Positions 11,919 through 24,990 of a DNA stretch of 64,000 nucleotides are shown here, piece by piece; within the stretch, counting starts at the first letter, position 1; the number at the start of each line of letters is the position of its first letter. The position numbers and the translations under genes were made by a program. The DNA lies in assembly GCA_907165135.1 (NCBI GenBank), contig OU015569.1, positions 6,000,769 through 6,064,768 of the forward strand, in the 5' to 3' direction. Source of the stretch: Oikopleura dioica (taxonomy: Eukaryota > Animalia > Chordata). Under the pieces are notes generated by a model. The model saw only the letters and a program-made list of their open reading frames with translations. It searched no databases and had not been told where the DNA came from.

Positions 11919-13570
11919 GGAGTTTCTCGACTTTTAACGGCTTTCCACATTTTTGCTTAGACTTAATTTCTATAATCGTATGAGAGCCATGTCATGACAC
12001 GTTGACGGAGCAAGGACTGAAATATGTTTGTCCCTGCTTTCCATTTTGACTGAATTATTTAGTAAATGTAGATTCATACGATATTCAGAAGACTGCTATC
12101 GACTGTTATCCAACTTTCAAGAAAGAAACTCAATTTACAATTACCTCGCTCATTCAGCCGATAAGAGAGTACAGTTTTTGTCTTTTTTTTAAATATTCTC
12201 TTGTAGAATTTTCGTTCGTAGAATCTTTTTTTTTTTTTGGAAAAAAATGCGATTTGGATCGAATTATTCTATTCTCAAGATAATGCTAATCGGTTAATTG
12301 AATTGAAGGCTTTATTACCGATACTCATCAGCGCATTATCCCTCCCCATATGCAAGCGAGATCTACGTATGAATATAACAGGATTACGCTCATGATAATC
12401 GCTTAAAATGTATCGCTACAGCATCAATATCAATTACCGAGTGCTTCCGTCGGTTGGGCACTCGTCCAAAAGTCGTTATATATTCAGACGAAATTTTCGA
12501 TGGTTCTTCATTTTGAACGTTTTCGAAAGTATTTCAAGGACTTGATTGAATCATTTCGTCATTTCGGAAAATCGCTATTTCGAAGGCAGTGTGACGAAGT
12601 CGCATAAAACGGATGCGCCGCATAAGACCCAAGCACTGTCGGATAAAGCCCTTATCGACAACAACTTCTCGATGTGTTTATTGACTACGCGTTTTCAGTA
12701 TTTTAATGCTGCAAAGAAACTAAATCCGCTTCCATCTTTCCAGACAATGCGAAATGGGAGATCTTCCTGTTCAGAAGATCGAAACTGAGTCAACATTCTA
12801 ATCTTACAGTGTTGAATACGACGCACCTGCTCAAACGTAATTTAAACGGCTCTTCCGGGCAAGTTCAACTCAACTATACAATGCTAGTTACTTTTTGAAA
12901 CAGAGAAACGATTCTTTTTCCACAGGAATGTTTTCTAGCCACAGTGAACATTTATTAACTTGCTTGAGGAACAATCGAAAATTCATTTTCTGAGAAGAAA
13001 ACGGGCGGATTTTTTGTAACAAAACGAAAACTGCCGCCGGAAAGGCGTAAAAGTTGTTGTAACTATGGTGGAATAGTTGTCGTGAAAGGCTAATCGAGAG
13101 CGATACTGTCGAGTCAATATTTAAACGTAATTTCACTTCCCTTGAGCCCCTGCTTTGGTTTTGATATTATCGAAAAAGATGTTGACTTGAGAAAACAAGA
13201 GTTTTTTACGAAGGCATAAGCATTGATCAGTGAGAGATCAGAACTCGCATCAGAGAGAAAAGAAAATGTTAGTGAAAACAAATCAGCGCGTCCAAAGAAG
13301 TCCATACATGATTAGAGGGAGTACTTTCATTGGATTGACGAGGTAAATCATCGTCTCGCAGCTGTTAATTGTGTACCTTTTCCTTCGAAAGCCCCTTTTC
13401 CGTAAAGCCATGCTTTGTTTCTTAGCAAACAGAACTTGGCAATTTTGGCACTGATTGAGAGTCAACAAATAACTGATATGCATTCACCGCATATTTGATT
13501 TTCAGAGGGGAATTTCTTTCTAGAAAATCTTTATAACACCGACTCCTCTAACCCTCTGAAACACTATCTA

Positions 13571-13798
13571 GTGAAAATAGGGTCGGCCCAAAACGTCGCT
13601 TCTGCTGGTGCATGGGGGCCCAAAACGTCTTTTTGGCCACGTCAACTGATTCAAAAATTGAATCTGGAAAGTCCAGAAACACTAGCTTGCTCTGGTTGGC
13701 GGTGCAATTTTCTAGATTTAACATTTCTGCTAGGGTTACGTGGCCAAAAGGACGTTTTGGGTCACACATGCAGCAATTGGACGACGTTTTAGACCACC
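13571..13798. mobile_element. MITE-like foldback element: ~26-bp inverted repeats (gggcccaaaacgtctttttggccacgt / acgtggccaaaaggacgttttgggtc) separated by ~105 bp, with extra partial copies of the cccaaaacgtc motif at both ends
   Basis: Read directly: 13605..13632 is the near-perfect reverse complement of 13740..13765. The flanking half-copies are ggtcggcccaaaacgtcgc (13571..13589) and gacgacgttttagacc (13783..13798). The internal ORFs have no coding-like composition. Confidence 0.5.
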
Positions 13799-14041
13799 TC
13801 TACTTTAATATGAAAAACATATTTATTCATTATAGCATTTTTATGTTGAGTTCAGAATGCTTTAGCTGAAATCATGCCTATAAACAGGGCACGCTGCGAG
13901 AGAAATTTAATTCCTAGAGCGTGTCTTTCGCCCCTAATCCTCGTGTATGCATAGAAAAATCTTTCGAAATCCTTGCTCAATTATTAACGTGTCAAGAGTA
14001 AGACTTTCTAACCGGAAAAAGATGTGTCTTATCCAACATAG

Positions 14042-16975
14042 ATGATACTGTATCATAGAACACCAACATACACTCGTCTTGACGATGCTCAGAAGAAGCC
14101 ATCGAGAGTAAAGAGCGCGCCCGCTAGAAATGCACCGAAAAGACCCAAATCAGCTTGGGCGGGAAGAAGAGAGCAGCTTTTATCGAGAATTAGAGATGAC
14201 AGGAACGACTTCAAAACAGTAAGTTCTTGATTTTAGGCGACAGTCAAGAAGTCCGATAAAGTTGGAGTGAAAGGAATTTTATCAAATGTACAGAACAGCA
14301 AAACAAAGAACATACAAAACCCGACTTAGAAAACGCCTCAACAGGAATCGGTTTCAATTCAAACGGAATAAGAAAGGGTCAGTCAGTTTCTTTCTCGTTT
14401 CACTGCAGTTAATTTGCAATTTGAGATCGTTTCAAAGTCGCACTAGAAGAAACTTCGTCTAAGAATGGTACCTTCGGTAAATACAACTTTAATCCCAAGA
14501 GCTCTTTATCGTTACTATCGTAGCCGTATCACGACCATGCTCGTCATTTGGAAGTATTTCCGAGAGCGAGTTCCTCGAGGAGGATTTGCCCTTGGATAAG
14601 GAGTTGATAAATGGCATTGAACCTGTCAATTGCTTAAAAGAGGATTAATAAGAATATCTGCCGTCTTGTTTATTAGCTCCATAAAGACCTCGAATCAAGA
14701 GGGATAAGTTTTTCATCGGCTGGAGGCTTGGGACCAAGCTCAGCGGGCGGATGGCGACGACTAAGTGCACTCATAAAAGGTGAACCATGCAAAGGTACAA
14801 GGACAGTTTCACACGGCTCTTGGAGTATCTGTCGATACTACAACAAATCAATTCGCTTCTCATATTTGCACCTGAAACGATTTTATTCGCGAAAGCGGAA
14901 ACATCGCCGCAATCAAATAGAGAGTCATAAATTGATTCCGCTAAGTAGCGTGTGGAAATAATTCATTGCTTGATCTCGACGTGAGCAAATGGTTTGCTGT
15001 CAACTCATTTCACTATGTTTAGTAAATTCTGCATTTCGTGAAAGCTTGAATTCTCCAGCCAGTTCCTCGAGGAGAAGTGTGCGCTCCAGCCGCTCCAGGA
15101 ACAGAGAAGCTAATCATATCATAGTCCCTTGAGGAAATCAAGAAAGAATACTTTGCAACTCTGACCAGACGATCTATTCAGTCGAGGATGAGAAACCTTA
15201 CTTCTGGAGCCAATTCGGTCATTTTCGAGAAGTACAATGTCAGAGCCGGATTTGAGGCGAAGAAACTTTTTCAAAAGTCGGTTCGACTGGTCATTATCCT
15301 CATGCGAGCAGGTGGATGTTTTAGAAGGGACGAATCTCTAAAGGTAAGTCCTTGTAAGTGCTTGTTTCTACCAGGTATTAGGTCTTGGACGATGGCGATA
15401 TGCGCTTCTATGATACAAACAGTGCTCTAGGAAAGATGGCTCATGTATTCAATCCGACAATTTTTAGAGCCGACAAAAGCCTCAAGGTTCCAAAAAATGT
15501 TGCTCGCGATCTAAAAACACATCCAGGAAAGTGGCATATCTTACGTTTTTTTACGAAATGACTTATTAAATAACACTGTGAATAGATGCACGACGACCTG
15601 ACTCGATCGGCAGCATTGTACGATCTCTTCAAATTGTCCTGGACGTATTTTCCGATTACCCTCTTCAGACGCAGAAGGACATTGCCAAATACGCGTATTT
15701 AGAAGAGTTCGAGCCTGGCCGAATGATCTTCAAAAAATCTGACCGTCCGCTGCGATTCCACTTGGTTGTTTCTGGACGAGCACTTGTTACCAGTGTTACC
15801 ACTCTTCCTACTGGAGAGGAAAATATAAAAGTAGTGGAGACAATCAGGTGATAAAAAAGCTCATTGTTCAAATGACAACAGAATAAGTCGTGGCGAAACA
15901 TTCGGCGATGAGGGCGGCTGTTTTCTAAAGCAAAATGGCAAAATCCATGAGGGCCCTGATTTCATGCCGCGTGAAAATACAGTCATTTCTCAAAAGCATA
16001 TGACCGTACTTACACTGGATGGAGAAGATTACATACGCATCTTTCATCCTGGTAATGAATAATTCAGACTGACGCGTAATCATCCCTTTTAGAAGCTAGA
16101 AAACGGTTCCAGAAAAAACTAACACCAAACTGTAAATATAAAAGCACTAATTCATAAAAGAGCACCGTGATTTTGTGATTTTCTAAATGTCGATTAAAAT
16201 TTTTCTGAGTGAGTTTTTAGATCCTGAATTTTACTTCTCAAGCAATGTCGTCAAAGCAGCAATGAAGTTGCTCCAAAAGAATCCGTTTCTTCGCTATTGG
16301 CCGTTAGACAGAATTAAAGGAGCTTCCACGAGTGACTTTCGCTTACAGTACTTTCGGAAGGGAACAGGAACGTTTGCGAAAAAAAGTTCTCAGAAAATAG
16401 TTTTCTCTTTTTTCGAAAGCGATTGAAGTTATCACCACTGGGAACGCTGCTCAACGAGAACTGATCTTTGTGAAATTGGGATCATGTCAAGTCGTCCGTC
16501 GATGTCAGTACTCTCGTGTCATGTCTGCCGGCAGCAATCCGTACGAAACGTGGATAGAAGAGCGTAGACTAGACAGTGGAGACATGTTCGGATTCGAATG
16601 TCAATTCGATGTCAGGAAATGTTCTTCAAAGATATTTTCTTAGTTTATTTCAGTCAAGCAAACACGGAGAACATAAAAATAGATTCAAAGGCATTGTTTA
16701 CAAGGACTGGAACGAGCTGGATCCAGATGTAGCGCTCATCTCCAACGGCGCAGAAGTTATTATTTTCTCCGCTCCTTTTTATCGAAAACATCTAAATGAA
16801 CAGTGTCGCGCCGTTTTAACTTTAAATCTCGAGCAAAAAGTAAGAGATGCTTGATTTACGAAACTGATCGTGATTTCAGCAGCCCAAGAATAATCTCGTC
16901 TATCTGCTCAATAGAAGAGACTGCTGGGAAAATTATAAAACTAGCGTCACGCGTGAAATTATCCGAAAGCCTTAG
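14042..16975 (+). CDS. Cyclic-nucleotide-binding-domain protein with two cNMP-binding domains, multi-exon; exon structure only partly resolved
   Basis: Exon 14042..14218 ends at an AAACA|gtaagt donor. The exon at ~15600..15856 reads IVRSLQIVLDVFSDYPLQTQKDIAKYAYLEEFEPGRMIFKKSDRPLRFHLVVSGRALVT...TGEENIKVVETIR, followed by TFGDEGGCFLKQNGKIHEGPDF... (cNMP-binding beta-roll with an FGE-type motif). The second domain exon (~16440..16560) reads ...TTGNAAQRELIFVKLGSCQVVRR...DMFGFE. The last exons are near 16576..16975. Confidence 0.45.
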
Positions 16976-17085
16976 AAACGAGACCACGCTGCTATTACCT
17001 GTTGCTTCCACTGAATACACTTCTATTTTCTTTCTCGCTTTATTCAACAGTATCAATAGTATTTACAAAGTTAAATAAAAGAATC

Positions 17086-17622
17086 TCAAACAGCTTCGAA
17101 GATGCTAATAAAGCCCATTTGTGCTTTGGTCACTTCACCTCGGAATTGGTCGTACAATTTTGCATAATGAAGGTATTTTCTGTGAGCCCAGCTAGAGGCA
17201 AAAACAATCACTAATATTCCAAGTAAGATTCCAAATCCAGCGAGAAGAATGCTTTTGAAGCGAAAATGAGCGGCAGTTGCATTCCTGTTCATAATTCTTA
17301 AGTTCGAAGATTAAAAACTATGACACTTGATCAAGTACCTTGCTGACAAGCTTGCCTGAAACATCATAACTGAAGCCAGTCCAACGCAGGGACAAAGAAA
17401 GCAGGCCAGATAAGGCAACAGCCCTTCCAAAATTGGAAATTTGACTCTCTTCACTTGCTGATAATCGGATCTGTCGCCCTTTCTTGCTGACTTTCTCCCA
17501 GATAACAGTGATTTTCTCGAGGATGCAATGGACTTAGAATACATCGATGAAGAACTGGGATCTTCTTCCATTATCGGTTGGAATACTTTCACATAACTCT
17601 CTGCTCTACTCTCTCGACTCAT
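17086..17622 (-). CDS. Small predicted membrane protein (two exons, hydrophobic helices), unidentified
   Basis: ORF 17311..17622 reads ...VKFPILEGLLPYLACFLCPCVGLASVMMFQASLSAR. ORF 17086..17292 reads ...FKSILLAGFGILLGILVIVFASSWAHRKY.... Both have TM-like hydrophobic stretches. No family assigned. Confidence 0.3.
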
Positions 17623-19509
17623 GGGAGCTGAAAATCTTCTTTGTCTCGTCTTTCTCCCAGTTAGAAATTGAATCGTCTGCTCAATAATAATCAGATACGC
17701 TTACGATTATTGAGGTGAGGAGAAATCTCCAGCAAACCGTAACTGCCAAATCGTTAAAAATGACGCCCGTATTATTGCATGAAACGGCTCGTTATATTTT
17801 TATTGGAGAAAACGGTGATGCAAATTTGTGATGCTGCACGAAAAATCCAAACTAAACACTAGAAATGCATCAAGAGCGACAGTACGGATGTCCTTCACAT
17901 CATCATATGTTAATTTTTTTGTATTTGTATACCGAATCTTAGAATGGAGGTATGCTTTTCGAACGTACTGGGAACCATCCAACGATTTCCATCATATCTC
18001 GACGTCAATAACTGTCAATCCTTTCTCAACGCGAAGATGATGTTGAAGATGTGAAGCAAAGATCTTGCTGAGCCTAAAATCTGTTTGTTTGTTCAAATAA
18101 GCTCCAATTACGAAGAACGAAGCGCAGCGGTTGGTTTTGTGTCAGCCACCTGGTCGATTTTATGAAGTGAAGGCCTCACTTTTTTTCCTTTTATTGAAAA
18201 TGTCAGTCATAGAAAAAAGAGAGACCGGTCAATCATTTTTTCAGAAAATTATAGGTAAGATTTATAGGAAGCATTTTTGATTGATTAATATGGTGGTTTA
18301 GATTTCATCATGACTATGTGGCGGAGACTATCGAATTTTCTGCGCAGATTTCGTAATGCTCCGCCAACATCTTCCAACATTCACCACCCAAACTTCGGTG
18401 TGCAACACACGCCATCAACCGTAGTATGTTGTTATTCGTCGGGGAGGCCCCGACAGATGAACGATGAAACAAGAGTCCTTCGTCGGGGTTCTCTCAGCTC
18501 GTCTGCAGAAAGACCAAAAACACGATCTCAGCGCAGCAGTTGGAACTTACGAAGCGGACGGATTGTTTACAAATTCAGCATCTTTGACTAATTAATATCT
18601 TTAATAAATTGTTATCTTTTAAAAATTGGGAATGAACAACCCTACAAATTCGCAGGTGGAAGACCTAGAGGCTCTATTTGCTATGTTCTCTTCGTTGATT
18701 GCAAAGCTCGTGAGTACGTAGTTTTTCGTATGCGGCTGATTGAGAATCGGTGGAAATTGAATCTACAAGGAGAAGATTAAAAAGTAAAATCTAATAAACG
18801 GCGAGGCTAATTGGAATATTGCGTGCAAACTATCCAGCATTCTGTCATTCTGTTGAGCGAAGTTTGAGTTCTTGAATGGAACTAAAAGTGAGAAAAGGAA
18901 TCGTTTTTGGAAGTATTTACGTTGCGATCTTCATATGTTCAGGAAGAGAGTTCACTCGTGTGCAAAATATTCAGTGTATTTGGTATCAAAGATTTTATTC
19001 AAACAAAAGTATCTCTAAAAAGCAATCGGCTTTTATGTCAAAGGCTGTCAAATCGAAGAAAGAATGAAACACACACATCAAGATTTTTTTGCGAGACCCG
19101 GGTCCCTATTTCCTAAGTCCTTTCCTATTTTGTAACTTTTTGCTGGTTTCTAAGTACAGTATTTCCTGTTTATTCGACCGTAGGAAATCGGGATCCCAAA
19201 TAAGTACAGACGAGGAGATAAACAAACTAATAAAGGAGTCTTACAACAAAACTGAATCGCCTTACATTTAAAAACACGAATTTACTGAAAACATGAACTC
19301 GACTTTATTTCTCTTTGACTATCGATTTTATCACAGTAAATGACCTTGGATAAAAATTCTTATACATCTGATGCAAGATAGTGTGACCAGCCATCATACT
19401 GTGCAAATATTCATTAGTCGTAGCAACCACAGTGAGTCTCTTTGCATACATTTTTTTACTCGTAAAGGCAGATTTTTTAAGAACCAGCAGCAAAGAAAGA
19501 GGAAAATAT

Positions 19510-20127
19510 GGGCTGTAGCAGCTCAAAAGTAATATAAAGAAGTTTGTTAACCTGACTGAGAGAAAATTTTAGGAAGATAACGTGCAGGAGCCAGAGCCCG
19601 AAAAAAAGAAGAAGTCTAAGAAGGACAAGGACAAGGAAAAGAACAAGGAAAATGACAAAAATAAAGATGGAAGTAAAGACGATGGAAAGGAAAAGAAAGA
19701 CAAGAAAAAGAAGAAAAATAAAGACAAAGACAAAGAAAAAGATAACGCTATCGAAGGTAAAGTTAAAAGTAATCACCCTCAATACTGCGAAGTTAATAAT
19801 TATTTGAAATATTTATTAAGACCCCCCGCAACGAATCGAAGAAGACTTACAACAGGCTCCACCTCCACCAGGTGGTCCTGCTGAACAAACCCATACCTAC
19901 CCCTCTGTGGATGTAAATGAAAATGAGTTCCTACCACGAAACGACCCAAAAGATCTTGGCGATGCAGACGTTATTCTTAATGACATAAACCAAAACTCAG
20001 CGCCAGTTGTGAATCCTGCTAAATACTCTGGTTCTCAACCTTTGAATACACCCGCGAAAACTCCGATGTACGATCTACGGCCAGGAACTTCACCAGAGGA
20101 CATTAAAAATCTACAAGAGATGCAGGT
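19510..20127 (+). CDS. N-terminally acylated (MGCSSSK) lysine-rich, BASP1/GAP43-like charged protein followed by a Pro-rich tail; 5' exons
   Basis: atgggctgtagcagctcaaaag|gtaata encodes MGCSSSK (myristoylation Gly2 plus palmitoylation Cys3). After an intron ending ttttag, exon 2 (19578..~19757) reads EDNVQEPEPEKKKKSKKDKDKEKNKENDKNKDGSKDDGKEKKDKKKKKNKDKDKEKDNAIEG. A later exon (~19880..20127) reads ...VDVNENEFLPRNDPKDLGDADVILNDINQNSAPVVNPAKYSGSQPLNTPAKTPMYDLRPGTSPEDIKNLQEMQ and ends at a gtaagc donor. Confidence 0.45.
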
Positions 20128-20725
20128 AAGCTATTTTTAACAGTCTATCCGACATCTGTGATGGATACATTTTTAAATAGAAAATTCGTAAGTTTATGCC
20201 CTGTTTATCAATGCTAAAAACCAGTAGCGTCTATTTGACCAGTTTAATGACGTTTTGGGAGTAGAATGGATCACTGTCCCTCGCGTTATAAATTCAAACG
20301 CGCTTTCATCAATTTTATTGCCTGGCAATAAACTGTGCATGTCTTCTAACATTCGCTTGGCGTAACATTTGGCTAATTTGTTGGGCAATTGTAGCTCTTC
20401 TGACCTGACTCAGTTTGCTAAAGCTCCCTAATACCAGTTCAAGTTCAATCATAAAGCTCAATTATCAGTACAGTACTTCTCTTCTCGGACAGTTCCCTTT
20501 TGACTTTGAATAATAAGGAATAACAGTAATAAGCGCTTCTGGTAATGCATTCCTTATCGCGCCTATGCATCCGAAAAACCCCGTATCCACGCTTAGATAT
20601 TTTTGTTTGAGCAGATTTTCTGTAAAAGTGGCCCATGCCAACCGAGTCTCACGCAGCAATGTTTGCTCCCGCGATCAGAAACCAGCGTTCAGCAGAGTAT
20701 CGCGAGATTAATTACATCCCATGCT

Positions 20726-23310
20726 GGTAGAGAAAATGGCGGATAGTAGTAGTCAACGGGCAGAATCCACCCACCAGGATATCAAAGGTTTCGATAATGA
20801 GAAACAAAAGGACGTGAAAAGCACTAAAGAACAGCAGAGAGAATTGCAACAAGTATGCAAAAGCAAACACATAAAATAATTGAAAATATCCAACGAATTA
20901 CATATTTTACACTTATTCTTGAGTAAACATCTACTTTCTCTTTCAGGAAATGCAAAAAAAGCTTGAAATGCTCTCGATCGAGCAACAAGATCAGGCAAAG
21001 CATAATGAGGATCTCCTCAATGCTCTGAGACAAATGGATGCTGACCAGAAAGAAAGCGCGAAGCAACATGCGAGCCAACTTGAACAGCAAAAACGAGACT
21101 ACGAAACGATTCTTGCTGGAAACCAGGAAGAAATCAAAGAACTCCAGCGCCAACAGGAATAGGATCATGAATATCTATGTTATAAATATTTCATTACCAA
21201 AGCAATTAGTTTCCTTTCGTGTCGTTTTATTTGCCTGCATCCTCCGATAAGCAAGAAGAGCTTCATAAGCTTCAAGAACAGCAGCAAGCGGCACTAAACC
21301 AACAAACGCCAGTGAAGCCCGCGACGGCGGTGAGTGTCAGACCACAGACCTACCAGACAGATCCAGGAACAAGCATCTCCCAGAGACCGGTGAAAACTCC
21401 GCTCATGCCTCCAGGAACTGCAGGTAATGGCGCTTTCTGCGTTTCATGGATGAAATAATAAAACAAATGTTAAAATATTTTAACGTATTCTCTATGTTTT
21501 ATAGCTACGACAGCATTGATGGAAAATGCGACAAAAGAAGAAATCGCCGCAAGATTCCGTAAGTCGAAATCGTCGGTCATTAGGCATTATCTTTTCAAGA
21601 ACTTCATTTCCTAAGGGATCAGCCCAGAGGAATATTTGCTGATGATAATGTACCTCTGCGTTGCCCACTGACAAACAAGTTTGTAGTGGATACAAGTCAT
21701 AGAAAACAAGATTTCGAAAAGTACTGTTGATGCGAGTACAAAAAAGTCAAGTGAATAGTGTCAATAAACTGTCATGTAAAATTAAGTCGTCATGAAACAG
21801 ATCGCAGCTCGAAGAAGGAAGGACAACGATAAACTAAAAGCTCAACTTATTGAAATCCTTGCACAGCAACGAAACCGTAGGAATGTTTACGCAAAACAAT
21901 GACTGAAGGAGAAATTATTTAGAGCCCCCCATCCGACCAAATACTTCTGCAAGCGTCATTATGGCCAAGCGAGTCAACGATCACCAAGTTCAGCGTATGG
22001 AACATATCATCAAAGGTCTCTCGGCAAGAAAATAATTATTATTTTGAGCCAATAAAATTCAGAACAAGACACTATCATCAGCAAGCTGGAGCATCTTCTT
22101 GGACGAGCTGATGTTCAACCAGACAACGGTATTCACTTGTCATCTTCCAATTTTCAAATTTTGCATTTAGCATTCAAGGCGCAAATCGACGAGCTCTACC
22201 ATCTAACACAACAGCGACAACGTTTCGTGTAGGGTCTTCAAAACTAATAATGAATTACAGTTTATTGCCTGTAACCATGAAATGAAGACCCCTCTTCAAG
22301 AACAACAAGCACTGCCGATGGCTTATCAAACACAAGCCGCTCCTCACGGTGCGTCCAACTTCCCGCCACCATCTGTGTGGGATAGCACATTGACAATTTC
22401 AATTCATAGTGTGAATTTCGTTTTTTGTTTGATAATTGTGTTTATGCACCAGAAATCACTTCAAGGAGTTCTCACCTTTGATTTTCCCAAATATTTGAAT
22501 ATTGGTCCCTTTTCAAAGAAAGTGATTTCTTGATTGTGATTAGTTCTCTTTCCTGTGGGTGTCTTTCGTTAGAGCACTGTGTCGAGTGGTTGCTGTCATT
22601 TTTTCACGCGTGTTTTCCTTTTTGTTTGTAGTTTGGTCATTTTTGGATTTGTATCACAGTTTTTATGCGAAACAAGCGTGCAGTTAGAAATTATCAAAGT
22701 GTATGTTTATTCTAAACTGCACTTATGAGATCTCGTTATGATCCTTTCTTGAGCACATAAACCTAAAAGTGAAAGTTTAAAAATTAAAAAAAAACCCGCG
22801 ATATAGTGCAGCAACAAACGAGTCCAGTGTACGCGATTGCCCCAGCAGCGATTCAAGAGAGAGTTTTGCCCCAGCAAAATATAACTTACGTGCAGCAGCC
22901 TCTGCCACTGGCATATGGAGAGCCTAATGTCAGTCGTCAGCCAAGTTATCCCATTCTAGCGCCACGATCAGTAAGATCGCTTCCAGCTCCACAGCCTTCG
23001 AAAATGGAGGAGCTTTTCGAAAAAGAACAACGCAAGAACGAGAAGCTCGAGCAGCAAATGGACCTTGAAAGAAGAGAGGCGAATTATCAGAAACAAATGG
23101 CCGAAAGAGAACTCGCACTTGTCCAGTAAGGCGAAAATGTGCTCGAATTTCATAGTATCTTTTTACGCTAGAAATCAACTCCGAATGCAGCAGGCTCAAG
23201 CAGCTTATCCCAGTCAGCCGTACCCTGGACAAGCGTGGGGAGCACCACCGCAAGGAGCCCTTCCTCCAGTTGGTTATCCGAACAATGGATTTCCTCCTCG
23301 TCCGTACTAA
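20726..23310 (+). CDS. Coiled-coil protein with Gln/Pro-rich C-terminus, about 10 exons, unidentified family
   Basis: Exon 1 reads MADSSSQRAESTHQDIKGFDNEKQKDVKSTKEQQRELQQ with a gtatgc donor. Coiled-coil exons read EMQKKLEMLSIEQQDQAKHNEDLLNALRQMDADQKESAKQHASQLEQQKRDYETILAGNQEEIKELQRQQ; ...SSDKQEELHKLQEQQQAALNQQTPVKPATAV...; EQDTIISKLEHLLGRADVQPDN; APQPSKMEELFEKEQRKNEKLEQQMDLERREANYQKQMAERELALVQ. Terminal exon reads NQLRMQQAQAAYPSQPYPGQAWGAPPQGALPPVGYPNNGFPPRPY* (stop ~23308). Confidence 0.5.
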
Positions 23311-24247
23311 CAAATAAGCTTTTCCGACAAGAATAACGAATTGATAAGAGAACCCTGTGAATCTATGTTTTATTACGAATAAACACAAAATATATTTTTC
23401 AATTATTTCGAAGAAATTTATTATCAAGAAGCAATAAATATCCGTTTTTACATTTGCGAGATAGATTGAGCCTAGAATTTACAATTTTTGAAAGCGAAAA
23501 CAGTATAATTTTGAAGTTAATGCAAAGCCTTGTTCTATAATCATATTATGGCACTAGAAAATAATCATAAGGACGTAGTAGAGAATCAGCATTAGAGCGG
23601 CAGTTGATTTCAATAAGACGCTCGAGTCTGGATTGGATGGCATCGTGGGAATTTCTATTTCAAAGGGTATACCAGGTTTTGCTAATAATTCGTTATTGAA
23701 GGTAACTGTTAGTTATTAATTAAATTAGATTGTTAAAAATATTGAAATTACTTGCAGCTGTTGTGTTTGTTATCGCCGAGCTACTTGTGTTAGATGAAGC
23801 GCTACTGATTATTGCACTACTGGTAGTTGAGGTTCTACTTGTACTTGTTGTTGTTGTGGTCGTACTTGTACTTGTTGTCGTCTCCGACACAGGTATTATT
23901 GGGAGAGTAAATATATCTAGTTTGGTTACAAGCAATAATATCCCTAAGTCTAAAAATATCCAAACTCTAAAAACCTCTAGTCTAAAAAATCTTCTACTCT
24001 TTTCCAGGAGACTGTTGTTGTAAAAAAATAGGGATTTCCCGATTTTTTATTTTTGCATTTTCAAATTTTAAGCGAATCGTTTTCGTGCAAACAAAAACAC
24101 TTTTTTAAGCATTTTCAGCAAATGAAAGCAAGGGTAACCTTTCCTGAATTTTCAAGAGGCCCAGTAATAGCTTCGATACCAGACTTGTAGAAGGAGGGTC
24201 GAGTGTAAACGCCTAAAATAGTATAAATCAGTATTCTTCAAAGAAAG

Positions 24248-24990
24248 CTAACCTGGAACTCCTTCTGTGCCACACTCTTGAGGTCCATATGAAACAATTC
24301 CGTATAAAGAGGTTTGTCCGTTGTATCTACAGTAAAGCGGTCCGCCAGAATCACCAGCGCAAGAATCCTTGTATAAATCTCCTGATAGTCGATCGCCGAG
24401 AGCACATATTTGCTTGCTGAAAAAGATAATGATAATTAACCGCTTGGATAATACCTTCCGCTTATGCCAACTCCCCAAACCATCACACACTGGGAGGTGC
24501 TCCAAAGATTAAGCTCTACTCGTCTAAGTCCGGACGAGGCTGACCCTCCATTAGATGTTAGGCCCCAACCGGCAGTATAACAAGAAGCTCCTTGTGGAGG
24601 ATTTCCAATTCCGATTGGAAGGATTTCCGAGTAAGGGTCTCTACTCGAAGTAATTTCGCTATCAAGCTCCAAGATTGCTAGTAATGAAATCAAAGAAGAT
24701 TATTTGTAGAGCAATTACCGATGTCGTTCTCAACCGTACTAGGCTTGTAACTGTCAGTGTAGATTTGACTGACACCGACCAAGCGTCCACCAGCGTCGAA
24801 TCTGCTGCTTCCTATCCTGATAGTAATCGCACTCGGGTCCTTATTATGTATACAATGTGCGGCTTGAAAAGGGGTTTGTTTTCTCATTGTGCTCATTTCA
24901 TTGTTTTGGAAGTTCAGAGACTCGAAAATTTAATAATTGTCGACATACGAGCAGCCCTTTCCTGTAAGAATGAACCTTGACGAAATTATG
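24248..24990 (-). CDS. Trypsin/chymotrypsin-like serine protease (S1 family), 3' exons
   Basis: Catalytic triad motifs are present on the minus strand: FQAAHC (His, exon 24690..24896), ENDI(A) (Asp), and DSCAGDSGGPLY (Ser, exon 24248..24505) followed by YGIVSYGPQECG. The middle exon 24436..24693 has the substrate-pocket region CYTAGWGLT. Confidence 0.75.

Noticed and set aside
19477-19782. 101-aa minus ORF (Phe/Leu-rich)
   Set aside because: Antisense translation of the lysine-codon-rich (AAG/AAA) exon 2 of the MGCSSSK gene, which gives a poly-Phe/Leu artefact.
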